NCBI GenBank assembly: GCA_044892525.1
Contig: CM097886.1
Span: 62,682,001-62,746,000 of the forward strand
Direction of reading: 5' to 3'
Origin: Schmidtea polychroa
Taxonomy: Eukaryota
Length of the DNA stretch: 64,000 bases
Part shown: piece by piece, positions 13,314 to 26,149 of the stretch
How the letters are laid out: every line of letters begins with the position of its first letter
How positions within the stretch are numbered: the first letter of the stretch is position 1
Made by a program: the position numbers and the translations under genes
The notes under the pieces: generated by a model
Databases searched by the model: none
The model's input: the letters and a program-made list of their open reading frames with translations, nothing else
Told to the model about the DNA's origin: nothing

Positions 13314-16300
13314 ATCGAAGATATTTCCAGCACTAACGATGACAAGGAAAGGAAGCATTATGGTATTTGTAATAAGAAATAATTTATTAACTAAGATTAT
13401 ATAACAGAAATAATAAAAATAAACGAACCATTACTAAGGCAAAACGCAATACTTTTGGAAACTATTAACTTAAATAAATCTTGCATGGATATTATATTCT
13501 CTAATATGGTTTCATTTCCAATTTGATCAATATTTCTGAATAACATTCCGTTTTTGTTGGCATTGGGTGAACTAAATACAATTTGTTGTTATCACCTTCG
13601 CAACATGTATGAGTATTAAAAATTAATTGCAAATACATTTGATTTTATGGAATCTTAAAACTTTTCGGTGTTTCTTGACAATGGTACCACCAGATATAAA
13701 AAAAGACTGACTTATGGGTATCAAATAAAAAAGATTAAAATAAAAACTGGTTAGAATTAACTTTGTCTATTTAATTGGACTTGAAGGAAATGAAGAATTA
13801 TAAGAGAGAAGAGATAAAACTCACATTTTTAAAGTTGATTCGTAAACTTTTGCTAACCCTTATTCAGAAACCTAAGAAACATTAAAGGTTTCAAAAAATT
13901 TATTAAAAATAAATTGTGATTTGTAGAGGGCTTTGTCAATCAATGAATGAACTCTACAGCTGAAATCATTTCAGATGACATGAGCAGTCTACTTCAAGTC
14001 ATTCATTCCCTCACATTGATGTTCTATCGCCGATTTAGTATAAAGTTTATTGCTGGAGATTTGTCGCATCTTTTTGGAATACAGACAAAATTTATTAGAA
14101 AAATTCAAATTTTATTTAGAACTTTGTTTATAAAAAACGGCTATATAAATTGTTGTACTGAATTTTGACGTAGCAATGTATTGTGCAGGTTGTGTAATGT
14201 ATAAGGGCTCTGATGTATAAAAAGACAATGAAGTATGAAGGAGGACGTTAATTATTTGTTAATAATTGTTATTTTGATTTTTTTCAAGCTTTAGTAATTT
14301 TGCACGCGTTCTTGACTTATTTGTTTGAAATTGGAGAGTCAATTAAGTTTTCAAGGAACCCAACTCCGAAGCTCTGCACAAGAACCTTTAGTATGGATGG
14401 ATGTTTTTAGTGGGATGATGGATGTGATTGAATATTGATTATACAGGTGGATTAAGTCCCTTAGAGGTTAAAAACAAAAAAAGATTATCTGTATCAAACC
14501 TTCATAAATTAATTAGCTATTTGAATGAAACCTGAAAACCATAATTGCAATCCAAAAATTCGTCATTATAATAGCTAGAAATTTTTTTATATATTCTTAT
14601 TCTGGTCGAGGAAAATTGATGAGCAATAATATCGAAGTAAATAAACTATTGGACAAGAAACAATGGAGTTTTAAAGTTAGTTTTAGATTTAAAGTTAGAA
14701 ATGAATTATTTTCAATTTAAATTGTGCCCAGTTGAGTTTAGAAAAGTTTCAATCGTTAGATCTTCATATGTGAATATTGAACACGGAAACCAGATTACAC
14801 TACCAAGACGTTTTAAGCCCAACACTACAATAAAAGACAAGAATTTTCTAAATAAAGAAAAATTTAAGAAAGAAGTGCAATAGCGAAGAATAACAGCCGA
14901 ATTCGAAAATATTCTAAAGTATATAGTAGTTTAATATAAAGTTTGAAATTGTACAATTAGTTTTAATACGGAAAGTATAACAGGCGAGACAAGTGATTTT
15001 GGAACTGTTAGTCATTATTTAATAATTTCAAATGGTGACTTTTTTAAATGAAATATAATTTTTTGTGAAAATATTATTTTAATTTGTTCAATAATATAAG
15101 TTACTGACAAATTATAAGTAAAATATTAAGAGAAATTCATTTTTGTTCCGCCATTTCAGCTTCACTTTTAACTTCTAAATAGAAATGAAGTTAAAGTAAA
15201 CTTGTGGAATCTCGTGGATCAATAAGATAATACTAAACTCAACATCACAATGAAAGACATGAATTTGCGAAATAAAGGAAAATTGAAGTGCAATAGCGAA
15301 GAATAACAGTCGAATTGGCAAAAATTTTAAAATAATAGTATAGAGAACAAAGTTTGAAATTGGACAAGTATTTTCGATAGAGAGTCTAACAGACAAGATA
15401 AGTTATTTTGGAACTGTTAGTCATTATTTAATAATTTCAAATGGTTTTTCAAAATAGTTTTTTGTGAAAATATTATTTTAATTTATTCAATATTATATAT
15501 AAGTTACTGACAAATTATAAGTAAAATATTAAGTGAAATTTATTTTTGCTTTGACACCTTCAGTTTTATTTTTAATTTCTAAATAGAAAAGAAATTAAAT
15601 AAAACTTGTAGAATGTCGTGGATCAACAAAATATCACTAACCTAAACCCATCTGGCAGACCGTTTCTATCCCGTAAACAATGTTTCACTTTCAACCATAA
15701 ATCCGATAAATAGTATTTCAATTCTTTCCAGCCCAAGAATTCTGAATTATGATCAGATAAAACTAAATCCGATTTCGTTAGATCTGCCAACATTGTAAAA
15801 ACCGACAAATCAAATTCCCGGAAACAAAAACATAGATTTTGTTCCAAAAGTTTGCATCGAACACTTGTTGTCGTATTATCGATTTTATCACTATCAAACA
15901 ATTCCTCGTCTGATTCGTGGATTGAATTTTTCACTGTATCTGTTTGGGCGGCATCGTTTAATTTGACTTTCTTCGATTTCGAGGATTTTTTATCGATTTT
16001 TTTTCTAATGGAAACTTTCCTTATTTCCGTGACCGGAACTAAATGTGATCCATTTGAAGCTTGAATTATCGGCAATTTCACCGGTTTTTTCAATTGAAGA
16101 CATAAAATCGATTCAAGATTTGAAACTTGCTCGACAATCAATTTCATTCTGTGCATCATTGTCAATCGAAAACTATCGATTCCACCACCGGAAATATCAC
16201 TTGAAAATGCATTTACCACTTCGATTAACCAATTGATAAACGTCAGCAAATCAACGGGTTCAACCGAATCGAAACCCCCGACAAACATAACCGGACAACC

Positions 16301-18485
16301 GAGCAAAGCATTGATTTCACACAAACTCTTAATCCGCAACTCCAACAAAGCTAACAGTCGAAAATGCGCTGGCAAATGAATATTTGTTGTTTTCCGTATC
16401 AAATTAGAATTCGATTGTGAAACAACGACAGCAATTTCACAGTAATCAATACCGGTAAGCCCAAACAAATGTCGATTTTTATCGAATTCCTGAATGATAT
16501 CACTGGTGAAATTGTCTTGAAATGAATTGGAAATGATTTTCTCGATTATCTTCTCCACCTTCACCAGTTCTCCTATCGAAATCAATCGATATAACTCATC
16601 CAACACGACAATAATCAATTCCGGAACCGTTTCCGAGTACGATAGCAATAATTTGAGAATTTTCGACACGATTTTCTGTGAATTCGTCTCTTGACTTTCT
16701 TCGGAATCATTGAGAGCGAGTTCGGAATTCTGGTTACTCATCATTAACATGTTTGTAATAGCACCGACAGATTCTGCACAATTGCAATCGATATTGCATA
16801 GATATTTCATTAAAATCACTGCACCGATTCCACCGTTTCTTTTGATGAGAAAGTTCGGGTTTTGAAGTTGTTTTTTCACCAATAAAATCACTTGGTTTCT
16901 AATTTGTTTCTCGTCACCGAAAATATCTTCATTTTCCGATATGTCTTGAAAGGCGATTATTCCGAAAATGGAATAGATATTGGAGATTTGAGTGCAACTG
17001 AATTCGGAATTATTCGCCAATAACAGTTCAGAAATCTGTGAATGGAATAATTGGATTTTATTCCGACAATTTTCCGCTAAATATTTCAATATTTCTAAAA
17101 TTGCATCGATTGTTGATTTCGGTTTTGAGCAAATATCGGCTATTAGCCAATCGAATATCTGATCAATAATAAACTCTTTGTTTGGGTTCATAAATGCGTG
17201 AAAATAAGCCTCTTTAGCAAAGTCTAATAGAACGCTTTTGTTTGATATGATTATTGAATTTATTACAGTGAGAAAACATCGATAAATCGGTTTTAAAATG
17301 CTAAAATGATATTTAAAAACCGTTTCGATCGTTTCCGATGTAAATAGTTTTTTGGTTATTTTCGATTTTATCAAGTTTGTAACAGTCGGAATCTCTACTT
17401 TATATTCATTGGAAATTATCAATAAAATAATGAAATCGAAAGTCGGTGAGCGGGCAATATCGGATTTAGTGGAAATCGATTTCAACCATGCTTTTCGAAG
17501 ATGTGGATTAAATTGTAGATTCATTTTAAGAGAATTTATCAATTTTACTCCGCAACTAGATTCACCACGAACATGCATTAATGGAGTTGAACTTACAGCA
17601 CTGTTAAACATACTGTTTAAGTTTTCAAATTCAACATTTAATCTAATTTTATCTATTAATTCAACTAGGTTATTTTTATCGGTATTTTTTATTAGGAATG
17701 TAATTAAACTTGGCAACATTCCCATTGTGGCTGAATCTAACATATTCATTACTAATAATTCGATATCTTTCAAAAAGTTTGCAGGAAGATTAAGCTTACT
17801 AATAGTGTCTAAAGAACTAGTTATAAGATAATTATTACTTGACATCCAATCATGAAGTTTTTCAGCCAGCTTCATATTACATTTTTCCTGACAAATATCA
17901 GGAAATATTGATATTAAATGATTTTGAACAATATTATTAGCAATATATCCCACGTCTAGTAATTTATCTACAATTTCATTCATATTTTTAATGTAAACAT
18001 TCCATTTAAATTGATTAAGACATAAAATTGCAAGCTCATTATCTTCATCGTTGTTTGTCAAAGAACATTCGCAAATTTTATTAACTAACAGTTCAATAAG
18101 GAAATCATTTAACTTAGGAATCATGAGACAAATCTGACATAATGATTTTGGTGTTGAAAATAAGTATAGGTCATAATTTGACTTTACGGGTTGTAAAAAT
18201 TGCGTAAAATTTACTGGGTTTGTTTCAATGTCTTTAATCATTTCTTGAAATTTCTCATAAGTAGATACACTTCCTTTATTTAAAAGATCTTTCATATTTT
18301 CAAGAATCACATTAGTTGGACGTTTTTGAACATAATTTAAATCTTCAAATTCAATGCCACATATTGAAAGAATATGTTCCAAATTTTGTAAATCATCATT
18401 TCTGTTAAAATTAGGTCAAATAGATCATAGCATATTGTATATTATGAAATAACTATTAATATAATAAAATAAATAATAACCTCAT
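7579..18485 (-). CDS. FANCD2: Fanconi anemia group D2 protein, complete 9-exon model (about 1350 aa)
   Basis: Exons (minus strand): 18485-18481, 18401-15642, 13571-13435 (3' end uncertain by 6 nt), 12003-11833, 11787-11596, 8508-8295, 8249-8034, 7982-7820, 7773-7579. All introns are GT-AG, phases are consistent and the total is 4053 nt. Motifs match FANCD2: KSLCQICLM, LNQFKW, VKKQLQN...GGIGAV (ubiquitinated-Lys context), EINALLGCPV, MPILD, TRFIQRLCTHCK, LETFMFRVK, NKDIHG and an acidic tail. Confidence 0.93.
9023..11342 (-). mobile_element. 2320-bp hAT (Blackjack-like) transposon in a FANCD2 intron
   Basis: 11-bp TIR TAGCGTGACCA/TGGTCACGCTA; perfect 8-bp TSD AGTAAATA (9015-9022, 11343-11350); subterminal CGGGAC repeats. 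Confidence 0.93.
9124..11006 (-). pseudogene. Fragmented hAT transposase
   Basis: ORF pieces: VFCTVCSSAFSISHGG (BED-like zinc finger), FVCLMTDTSNH (first catalytic Asp region), CDVERIFSFINRAWEDEKNR (dimerisation domain); broken by stops and frameshifts. Confidence 0.88.
11596..12003 (-). CDS. FANCD2: FANCD2 internal exons 12003-11833 and 11787-11596
   Basis: VLSIREKIPSINVAAAY...DLTVQFLGTKW resembles the FANCD2 IPS...QFL..W segment; 45-nt GT-AG intron between them. Confidence 0.85.
13267..13310. repeat. (TA)n microsatellite
   Basis: About 22 TA units read directly. Confidence 0.97.
13435..13571 (-). CDS. FANCD2: Probable FANCD2 internal exon
   Basis: Acceptor TTGTATTTAG; reads SSPNANKNGMLFRNIDQIGNETILENIISMQDLFKLIVSKSIAFCL; phase 2 in and phase 1 out fit the flanking exons. 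Confidence 0.65.
14820..15640. repeat. Diverged tandem duplication, two units of about 415 bp
   Basis: GAAGTGCAATAGCGAAGAATAACAG at about 14872 and 15285; TTTTGGAACTGTTAGTCATTATTTAATAATTTCAAATGG at about 14997 and 15406; AAGTTACTGACAAATTATAAGTAAAATATTAAG at about 15098 and 15501. Confidence 0.85.
15642..18401 (-). CDS. FANCD2: FANCD2 giant exon 2 (2760 bp, 920 codons)
   Basis: Coincides with ORF 15623-18382; acceptor TTTTAACAG at 18402 and donor GTTAGT at 15641. Confidence 0.95.
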
Positions 18486-19442
18486 TTTAAAGTTACTTTT
18501 TATCTAAATATTAAAACACGAATCTAAAACAATAATTAATAACAAATATTTAATGTTAATATTAATTTAAATTAAAACTAGTTTAGTCAAGTAAATAAAT
18601 TAACAAGTAAACCATAATTACAACTTTTATGGAACAAACATTGGAATAATATAGCCCTTAATGTAGTCATTAAACTTAATCTTAAATTATTAGAAATCGC
18701 TACTCAAACGCAAGTCTTACTATATATTTCAACCAGCTTAATATCATTATTGAGAAGAATAGAGATGTATTAAAAAAAACTATAAAATTATGTGTTAAGC
18801 CAGTAGCCCCAGGGTTTGACATCTTTATCTGAGGACGGTTTGAATAACCGATTTCTGAGCCCGCCCTGGATTAGAGTTCTTTGCGCTCGGCTTTCATCGA
18901 TCAAGTTATCCCTGTAATTCTCAAGACCACGAATCTTCTTCTGGGCCTCCTTAATCTGCGAGTGGTTGAACCAAGTACCCCCGAGATGATTAATCTTACT
19001 TTTGAGTAGTCCGATATTAGTTCAATGGAGATGAATTAACTTATTTTTATCGGAAAAGGAAAACATGGTTTAAGATTTGATCGAATTACCGATCAAAAGA
19101 TATAACAATTTATAATTAGTATTTTAGTAGCATGATCACTGAACGAAGTAAGCGAGGACAAACCTTTTTGTAAGGATGCGACAAATATTAGTGCGGGGGG
19201 GGGGGCAGACGACCCCAATGATGATAACCATGATGAGGGTTTAAAAAAATCTCTCAATATCTACGACAGTTTTAGTGACTCAAGTAAGTTTAGGAATATC
19301 ATATATCCCAACCGAATCCTCATTACTGCAGTCATTTATTTTTATTCATAATTACCATTATCAAGGATAGTGGTAGTGATAATAAAGATTCCATTAAAAA
19401 TAAAAATACTGATATTGACAAGGTTAAGAACAATCTTATGGG

Positions 19443-19443
<1 letters not shown>

Positions 19444-19513
<70 letters not shown>
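19444..19513. repeat. (AAT)n microsatellite
   Basis: About 23 units read directly. Confidence 0.97.
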
Positions 19514-19514
<1 letters not shown>

Positions 19515-19679
19515 TATAACCATAATACTAAAAATAGTAAACCAACGATAACAACGATAACAAATTATGAAATAAATTTTATACGACACAAACTATAAAC
19601 TCCATTTTATAACAATTTATTTATTTCCCAATTTTCGTCAGACAAATCTCCTTTTCCTCGACTCCTTTCCTACTTTACT

Positions 19680-19890
19680 ACTACAAATCAACATACTTTA
19701 AAGGATTGAAGCGTGTGAGTTATGGTCCAGCTAATCTAATGAATAACATTAATGAAATTGCTTTGGTTATCAATAAAACTCTTGTTGGAGTAATAATAAG
19801 ATTCTTTTGTGAAAATCCTTGTTCGCATTCACATGAAGAAATTAGGATAGTATGTAGAGCGTGTACCAAGTGAAGTAGTTTATCAGGACA
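19680..19890 (-). mobile_element. hAT dimerisation-domain remnant
   Basis: Minus-strand translation LLHLVHALHTILISSCECEQGFSQKNLIITPTR...LMLFIRLAGP-stop-LTRFNPLKYV resembles the CERGFS.MN.I...R...GP C-terminal hAT motif. Confidence 0.65.
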
Positions 19891-22384
19891 TATTTTTTCT
19901 ACAAAGTATTCACGGAATCAATGAATCATTTCTCTTTCATTTAATTCTAATCTAATTAGTATTCAACTCATTGAATACTCTAATTAGTCAAACATGTGTT
20001 TTTTGAGTATTCAAAATTTTACTTATTATTTTCAAATGTTTTATTGTTTTGCAATTTATCAAGGATTATTGTTTTTTCAAGCATTATAATTAATATTATT
20101 CAACACATTATTGCTGTGTTTCCTGATATGCTAATTAATAACCCCATAATAATTAATTAATTCCCCGTATATTTATTTTTGTTATATTAAAATAAAAAAG
20201 ATGTACATAAAGGAATACACATAAACCAAAGAGAACATATAAATAAGCCACAAACTCTCTGGGCTGAATTAGGTTGGATTGAGAGATATGATATTACGAG
20301 GGCTCTATATAAACATTTACCCTGTATTTATTTGAGCCTACTCTATAATATTTTGTGAGCTCGAACTCCCTTATTGCTTGGCCCCTGTCATCAAACATTA
20401 GTCTTTTCTATTTGGAATACGTTATAAGTTTGGTCCGACAAATGATCTCATCCATTTAAAGGTCCATGTGAATATCAGTCAAGGATGTTATTATATGTGA
20501 ACTGTTTGGATGAATTAATAGATTTTAGAAAACTTCGTAAAACAATCACGACTTTCGATTATATAAAAGTTTTAAATTACCTTCAAGTATATGTCAAAGG
20601 CAAAGGTGCCTTATAGAGAGGTTAGATGTCCCAAAAATGTTATTGACTTAAAAAAAGAATACTTTGTCAACGGTTAAATTTGTCTAGAACAGATGGTCTT
20701 AAATATATAAATCTAATATATCAAATCAATAATATCATAAACCTAAGCAAATAGATGGTAACTATGATGTTTGGAGGTTTCGATTGTGTGTTTGTGTGTA
20801 ATTGGTATAAGTATGTTAGTGTATAGTTACGAGTATATATTATATTTGTGATAGTAGATGCGTGTGTGTGGAGATTTGCAGAGCCCAGCCGAGTAACCAG
20901 TAAATAAACTGTCTCGGGACAGCTGGGGTGAATGTGTGTAATAAGACTACAATTAAAATTTGAATTAAAATAGTAACTAATAGAATACAAAAAAAATTAT
21001 TCAAATTAAACAAGTTTTATTAACGAGTAAAACAAAATAATGGACCTTAAATCTCGAAAAGCAGGAACCTTGTTATATTCTTTTCTGGTCCTTTTACGGA
21101 ATTGTTTTGTAGAAGCCTCTTTTTTATTTTATCTTATTCTGCCTGAATCGAATAAGTGACTTGTGAGCTGGCAGTATCTTTTCTAATCTTGTTCTGAACT
21201 AGTTTTGTTGGATTCTCTGTAATCCACTTCAATTCTTATTTTAAAGTATTATTTCTGATCTTTGCTTTGTTCTAGTCTTTCAATATTCCTTTTTTAGTTG
21301 TACTGAATTGGTTCCAATTTTCTTCTAAATTTGTTTTCTTATTCATGTCTTGATTCCTGTTTGTTTGAAATTTTGTTTGATTTTTTTTTATTGACTTTTT
21401 AATTTGTCATTTTACTATCGTAAATTATCGCTATATAGTTTTTTAAGACCTTTTGTTTCACGAACGTGTTAAAGGCTCAGAAATGATAATAAAAACAAAA
21501 CCTAATTGAGGTTCTGTTTTGACTCAAAAAATGATAAAAATGTAACATTCTACTACAGTAACTATATCAAATAAATCATTTATTCTCGATGCTAATAAAA
21601 ACTTATAAATTGTTGAACCTAAAAATAATATATAATTGAATTGAAATCTCAAATTAGTTTTATCTATTGAAATAAAAATGAAAATAAAAAAATGAATGTA
21701 AAAACGCGAATCTTTACTTAGCAAAGAATAGAGCAGTGCCGAAAATTTGTTGTATACGACATAATAATTCCATAATGACAATAAATATTATTTTAAAAGA
21801 CAAATTAAAAAATTTATGATAAAATTTTTAAAATTTAATTACAAGAGTTTTCATGCATATTATTTTTGAAATTATTTCGCTATTTGCCAAAGTTAATTTT
21901 GAGTAAAGATTTAAGAAAATTATTTATACTTGAAATTTTCAAAATAATAATAATACAAAATTTTTATAATAATTGTATATCATTCGAAATATTATTTAAA
22001 AAATAATAACTTTAATATACATAGCAATTCATTTTATATTTTTAACATTTTTCCAAATTAACTTTAAAAATGAAAAAAATGCTATATATGAAATATATAC
22101 AATATTTACACTATAACAAAGAATTTATTTAAAATTAAAAAATTCATAGTTGTAAATATCAATTTTCATAAATTATAACTTATTTAAAAAAATTTTACCA
22201 CTTATTAATATATATCTTTTAAAATTTACTTTAAAAATTTTTCAAATAAAAAAAAATATTTAAAATAAAATGTAACAAAACAACTAATTTGTTTAAATTA
22301 TATTAAAGTATATAAAATTAAAATATTTAAATTAGTAAGTCAATGAAATATATATATTAAAAATTAAGGGTTAATTATTAAGGA

Positions 22385-23218
22385 ATGGCTTTAGGAAAAA
22401 CAACCAAAAAGGCACAGAAACTAGGACCTAAGAAGGGAAAGAAGAAGGCGTAATTTTTTTATATTCATAATCTGTACAATTAAATAATTATTAGATCTGA
22501 TCCATTTTTGAAAAAAGAATGGTTTGTTATTAGAGCACCATCAATGTTTCCTAAAAGATCATTTGCCAGAACAATCGTTACTAAAACTCAAGGAACTAAA
22601 ATTGCCAGTGAAGGTCTTAAAAACAGAGTAGTAACAATGAGTTTAGGAGAATTGAACGAGAAAACTGAAGATACCTTCAGAAAATTTTCTCTTCAAATTG
22701 AAGATGTTCAAGGAAATCAATGTTTAACTTCATTCAAAGGAATGCAATTGACAACTGACAAAATGTGCTCAATGGTGAAAAAATGGCAAACCACCATCGA
22801 ATGCTTTGCAGATGTAAAGACAACTGATAACTTCCATTTGAGAGTATTTGTTATCGCTTTCACCAAAAAAGCACCAAATCAATTGAAAAAGCACACTTAT
22901 GCACAAGCTCAACAAATCAAATCCATTAGAGATATTATGCGTGAAGTTATTCAAATTGAAGTTGCTTCATGCGATATCAAAGAAGTTGTAAAGAAGCTTT
23001 GCATTGATTCAATTGGAAAAGATATTGCAAGAAAATGTTCCTACATTTTCCCATTGACTGACTGCTGTGTAAGAAAAGTGAAGGTTATTAGAAAACCAAA
23101 GATGGATTTGACTAAACTCATGGATCTTCACGGAGATTCAGCAACCACTATTTCAGCAACAGGTGAAATTATTGAACGACCTGATGGCCATGAACCTCCA
23201 GTTCAAACCTCTGTTTAA
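22385..23218 (+). CDS. RPS3A: 40S ribosomal protein S3a (eS1), copy 1
   Basis: Exon 1 22385-22449, 45-nt intron 22450-22494, exon 2 22495-23218; MALGKTTKKAQKLGPKKGKKKASDPFLKKEW...TDKMCSMVKKWQT...EPPVQTSV. Confidence 0.97.
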
Positions 23219-23849
23219 ATAATTAAATATATTTGGATTTAATTTTTTTGTTAGATATTTCATTAATGAATATTTTAATTAAAATATTATTATTATGTTG
23301 ATTAATTTATGTTTTATGAGTCTTATATAATATTGATGGTAACATTTAGAAACTGGATATTTTAGGTCAACTATGAAAAATTTCATAATTAAACTTAAAT
23401 TAAAAAAATAAAACAAAGTGTCTTATTAATGCTTCTAAATAGCGCTTTGATGAACAAGAAATTCAAAAAATTTTACTGTATAAAAATTACGTGTAAATTT
23501 TTTAATGTTCTGTTAAGTTTGTATCTACTGTGTTTCTCCATTCGGATATCAATATATGCCGTATTGCCGATGGAAAACACTTGTATTGATACATTTGCGA
23601 CAGCAAGTGTGTTCCGGACTGGAGGAATCTTTGAACTTCGTCAGAACATGTATCAACATGATGTTGCAGGTAAAGAAGTTATACTTTTTTTTATTTATAG
23701 AGAAGCCTATTCCATTGCTACCAGGTAGTGATTTTTAATGTTTGTTTTTATAATTTGACCACTTTTTTTATCAAAAATTAAACGCTTATGTCTTATTTAA
23801 TTTATAAACACAAATCTTGTGCTCAGAATAGGAAACTAAGAACTGAGAA

Positions 23850-24370
23850 AGAATCAAAAGCATGACAAGGTCGTCAGTTCATAACAAAATCTTTTCAAGG
23901 AAAAGTACATAAGTGGTGATGATGATATATATGACATTGAAATCCAAGCAGAAAATTATTATCGAATTGGAAGTAGAAGCAACTGTTACTTGTGAGCTGA
24001 AGAAAAAATCGCTAGTGAAAATTCTAAAGAAGGATCGCCTGTGATAGAACATGGTGCAGTAAATGTTGCAGACTGTATTAATAACTCTGAAGTAAAACAT
24101 TATGACCCTGGAACTTGGCCCCTAGTAATCTCGCATAACCTGCGACAAGAGAATTCCAAAAGATTTATAAGGTATTGCTAAGAGAACTTAATTGTAGAGA
24201 ATTTCAACATTCTTTACTCGATATGAAAACGAAAGGTAAAAAAAACAAGAGAACATTTTCCACGAGATTGGTTAACATGGAGTGCATCAATTTTCTACGG
24301 AATAATAGTAGATGCAACACCGGATATTTCTCACAATGAACAGAACGTCCTAATTCTAAGATAGATATCC
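23850..24370 (+). mobile_element. Degenerate hAT (ZMYM1/Tip100-like) transposase fragment
   Basis: YDPGTWP and FYGIIVDATPDISHNEQNVLILR motifs; internal deletions and stops. Confidence 0.7.
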
Positions 24371-26149
24371 CTAAACCAGGACTCCAGTGGTTCAGGGGAT
24401 CAACGATAAGGTTTACGATTCTTGTATACGTTATAAATTTTAAAGTAACTGAATTGAAATATAAGGTTTGTACATATTTTAAATTTTAAGCAATATTGTT
24501 CAAATATCAGATATTTCATATATTAAATAGTGAATTAGGAAGTTCGATAATAAAAATTATAATTTTTAGATAATACGAATTTTAATATTCAAAAAAAGAT
24601 GATCCATAGCAATTCGAGAGTTCAATAATAAAATTACGATTTTTATGGATAATATGAATTTTCAAATAGTAATATTCAAATATAGGATAATTCATACATT
24701 AGATAGTAATTCGAAGGTTCGATATTAAATTAAGGTTAATTTTTATATTATAATCGTTTTTTATAGATTCTTTTTTTGGATTTTTATTTTTTAAACTAGA
24801 TTATATATTTTTGTTAACTTTTATTGTATTGAATGGCTTCCATGATGGATTTCGCCATTTTTATGAATTGTTCTGGGTTTTTGTCTAGAATATAGATTTT
24901 TCTACAGTTTTTTGACTTTATTCGAGTTTTTGTATTTTTATGTTTCTCTGTTATTGTTGGGCTAGAACTGATTTCTAGACCCAAACTCCTAATTATGACG
25001 GAAACGTGCAGGTACACAACATGCAAAAAGCAAAAGGTATAGCTAAATATTAAAAACTACACCAAATAAACAATATTAACTAAAGGAGAAAACAACAAAA
25101 TCTAAACATAGAAATTAAATAAAATTATACAAAAGCAAGAAGTTATGCAAATTAGAACTCAAAAATAACCAAATAAACACAGAGTTACAAAAAACAGACT
25201 CGAATAACTTAAAAACGGTAAAAACAGTAAAAAATTCCAGAAAAACCCAGAACATTCCATAAAAATGGCGATGACCATCACAAAAGCCAGTTAGAATAAT
25301 AAAAGTTAGGAAAATAAATAAATTAGTATTAGAAATAAAAAAAAATCTTAAAAAGAAATTCATAAAACATCAGTTAAAATAAAAATTAAATTAAAAGTAA
25401 TATAGAATGTTCTGGAACCGTTAAGTATTAATTAAGTATTAATTAATCAAATTTAATTAAAATGATTTGTTTATTCGTAAAAATTGTTATCAACGTTACG
25501 ATTTGAGCTTTTAATTTTTATATTAAATTTTATATTATAATTTCGATATATTAATTAAATACTGAATCAACCAGCCCCGTCGGTCCTGGGTGAGCTGTTG
25601 GAACCTTAATTTCCCACCTCATCCTCACTTAGACTGGGTTGTCATATTCAGTGGAATCATTACATTTTAGGTACATTTTAGGTTGTTTGGTCCTTTTTTT
25701 TGCTGATTTAATGATGCCAAGTTAGGATATGATTGGGTATATGATTCTGGTTTTATAAGGTAAGCTAAACTATTTTTATTTCCAAAAAATATCTACGTGA
25801 CTAATTTATGGATTCAACGAATTAATGTAATCCTGACGATGATGGAGATTCGGGCTAAGTCCCAGTTCCTATTTTTAGATAGGTTCAAGTCAAGTGCCTT
25901 ATAACTCTGCAGGACTATTTGTACTTTATATCTCAACGATCTCAATCCATCTTTAGTGTATATGACCATATAAAGTTTACATTTTACAATCCAGATACCT
26001 ATGTCATTTACATATCCTATTTAATATAAATATGGATGTCTAATTAATTATAACCTATACTTTTATGGTTGAAATTCATATGTCATCATCTCCAGTTCAT
26101 AATTTAGAATTAATCGATAGAAACATATATACACACATACATACACATA

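Noticed and set aside
15852-17831. Plus-strand ORFs 15852-16064, 16045-16236 and 17352-17831
   Set aside because: Antisense shadows of the FANCD2 exon; no independent motifs (likewise 22769-22954 and 34343-34528 opposite RPS3A)
18900-18920. AGTTATCCCTGT resembles the reverse complement of a conserved large-subunit rRNA motif
   Set aside because: Only about 12 nt; flanks do not continue the rRNA match
19332-19589. ORF with a poly-Ile run (similar case at 39213-39398; Tyr-Ile run at 13207-13404)
   Set aside because: Translation of (AAT)n or (TA)n microsatellites, not genes
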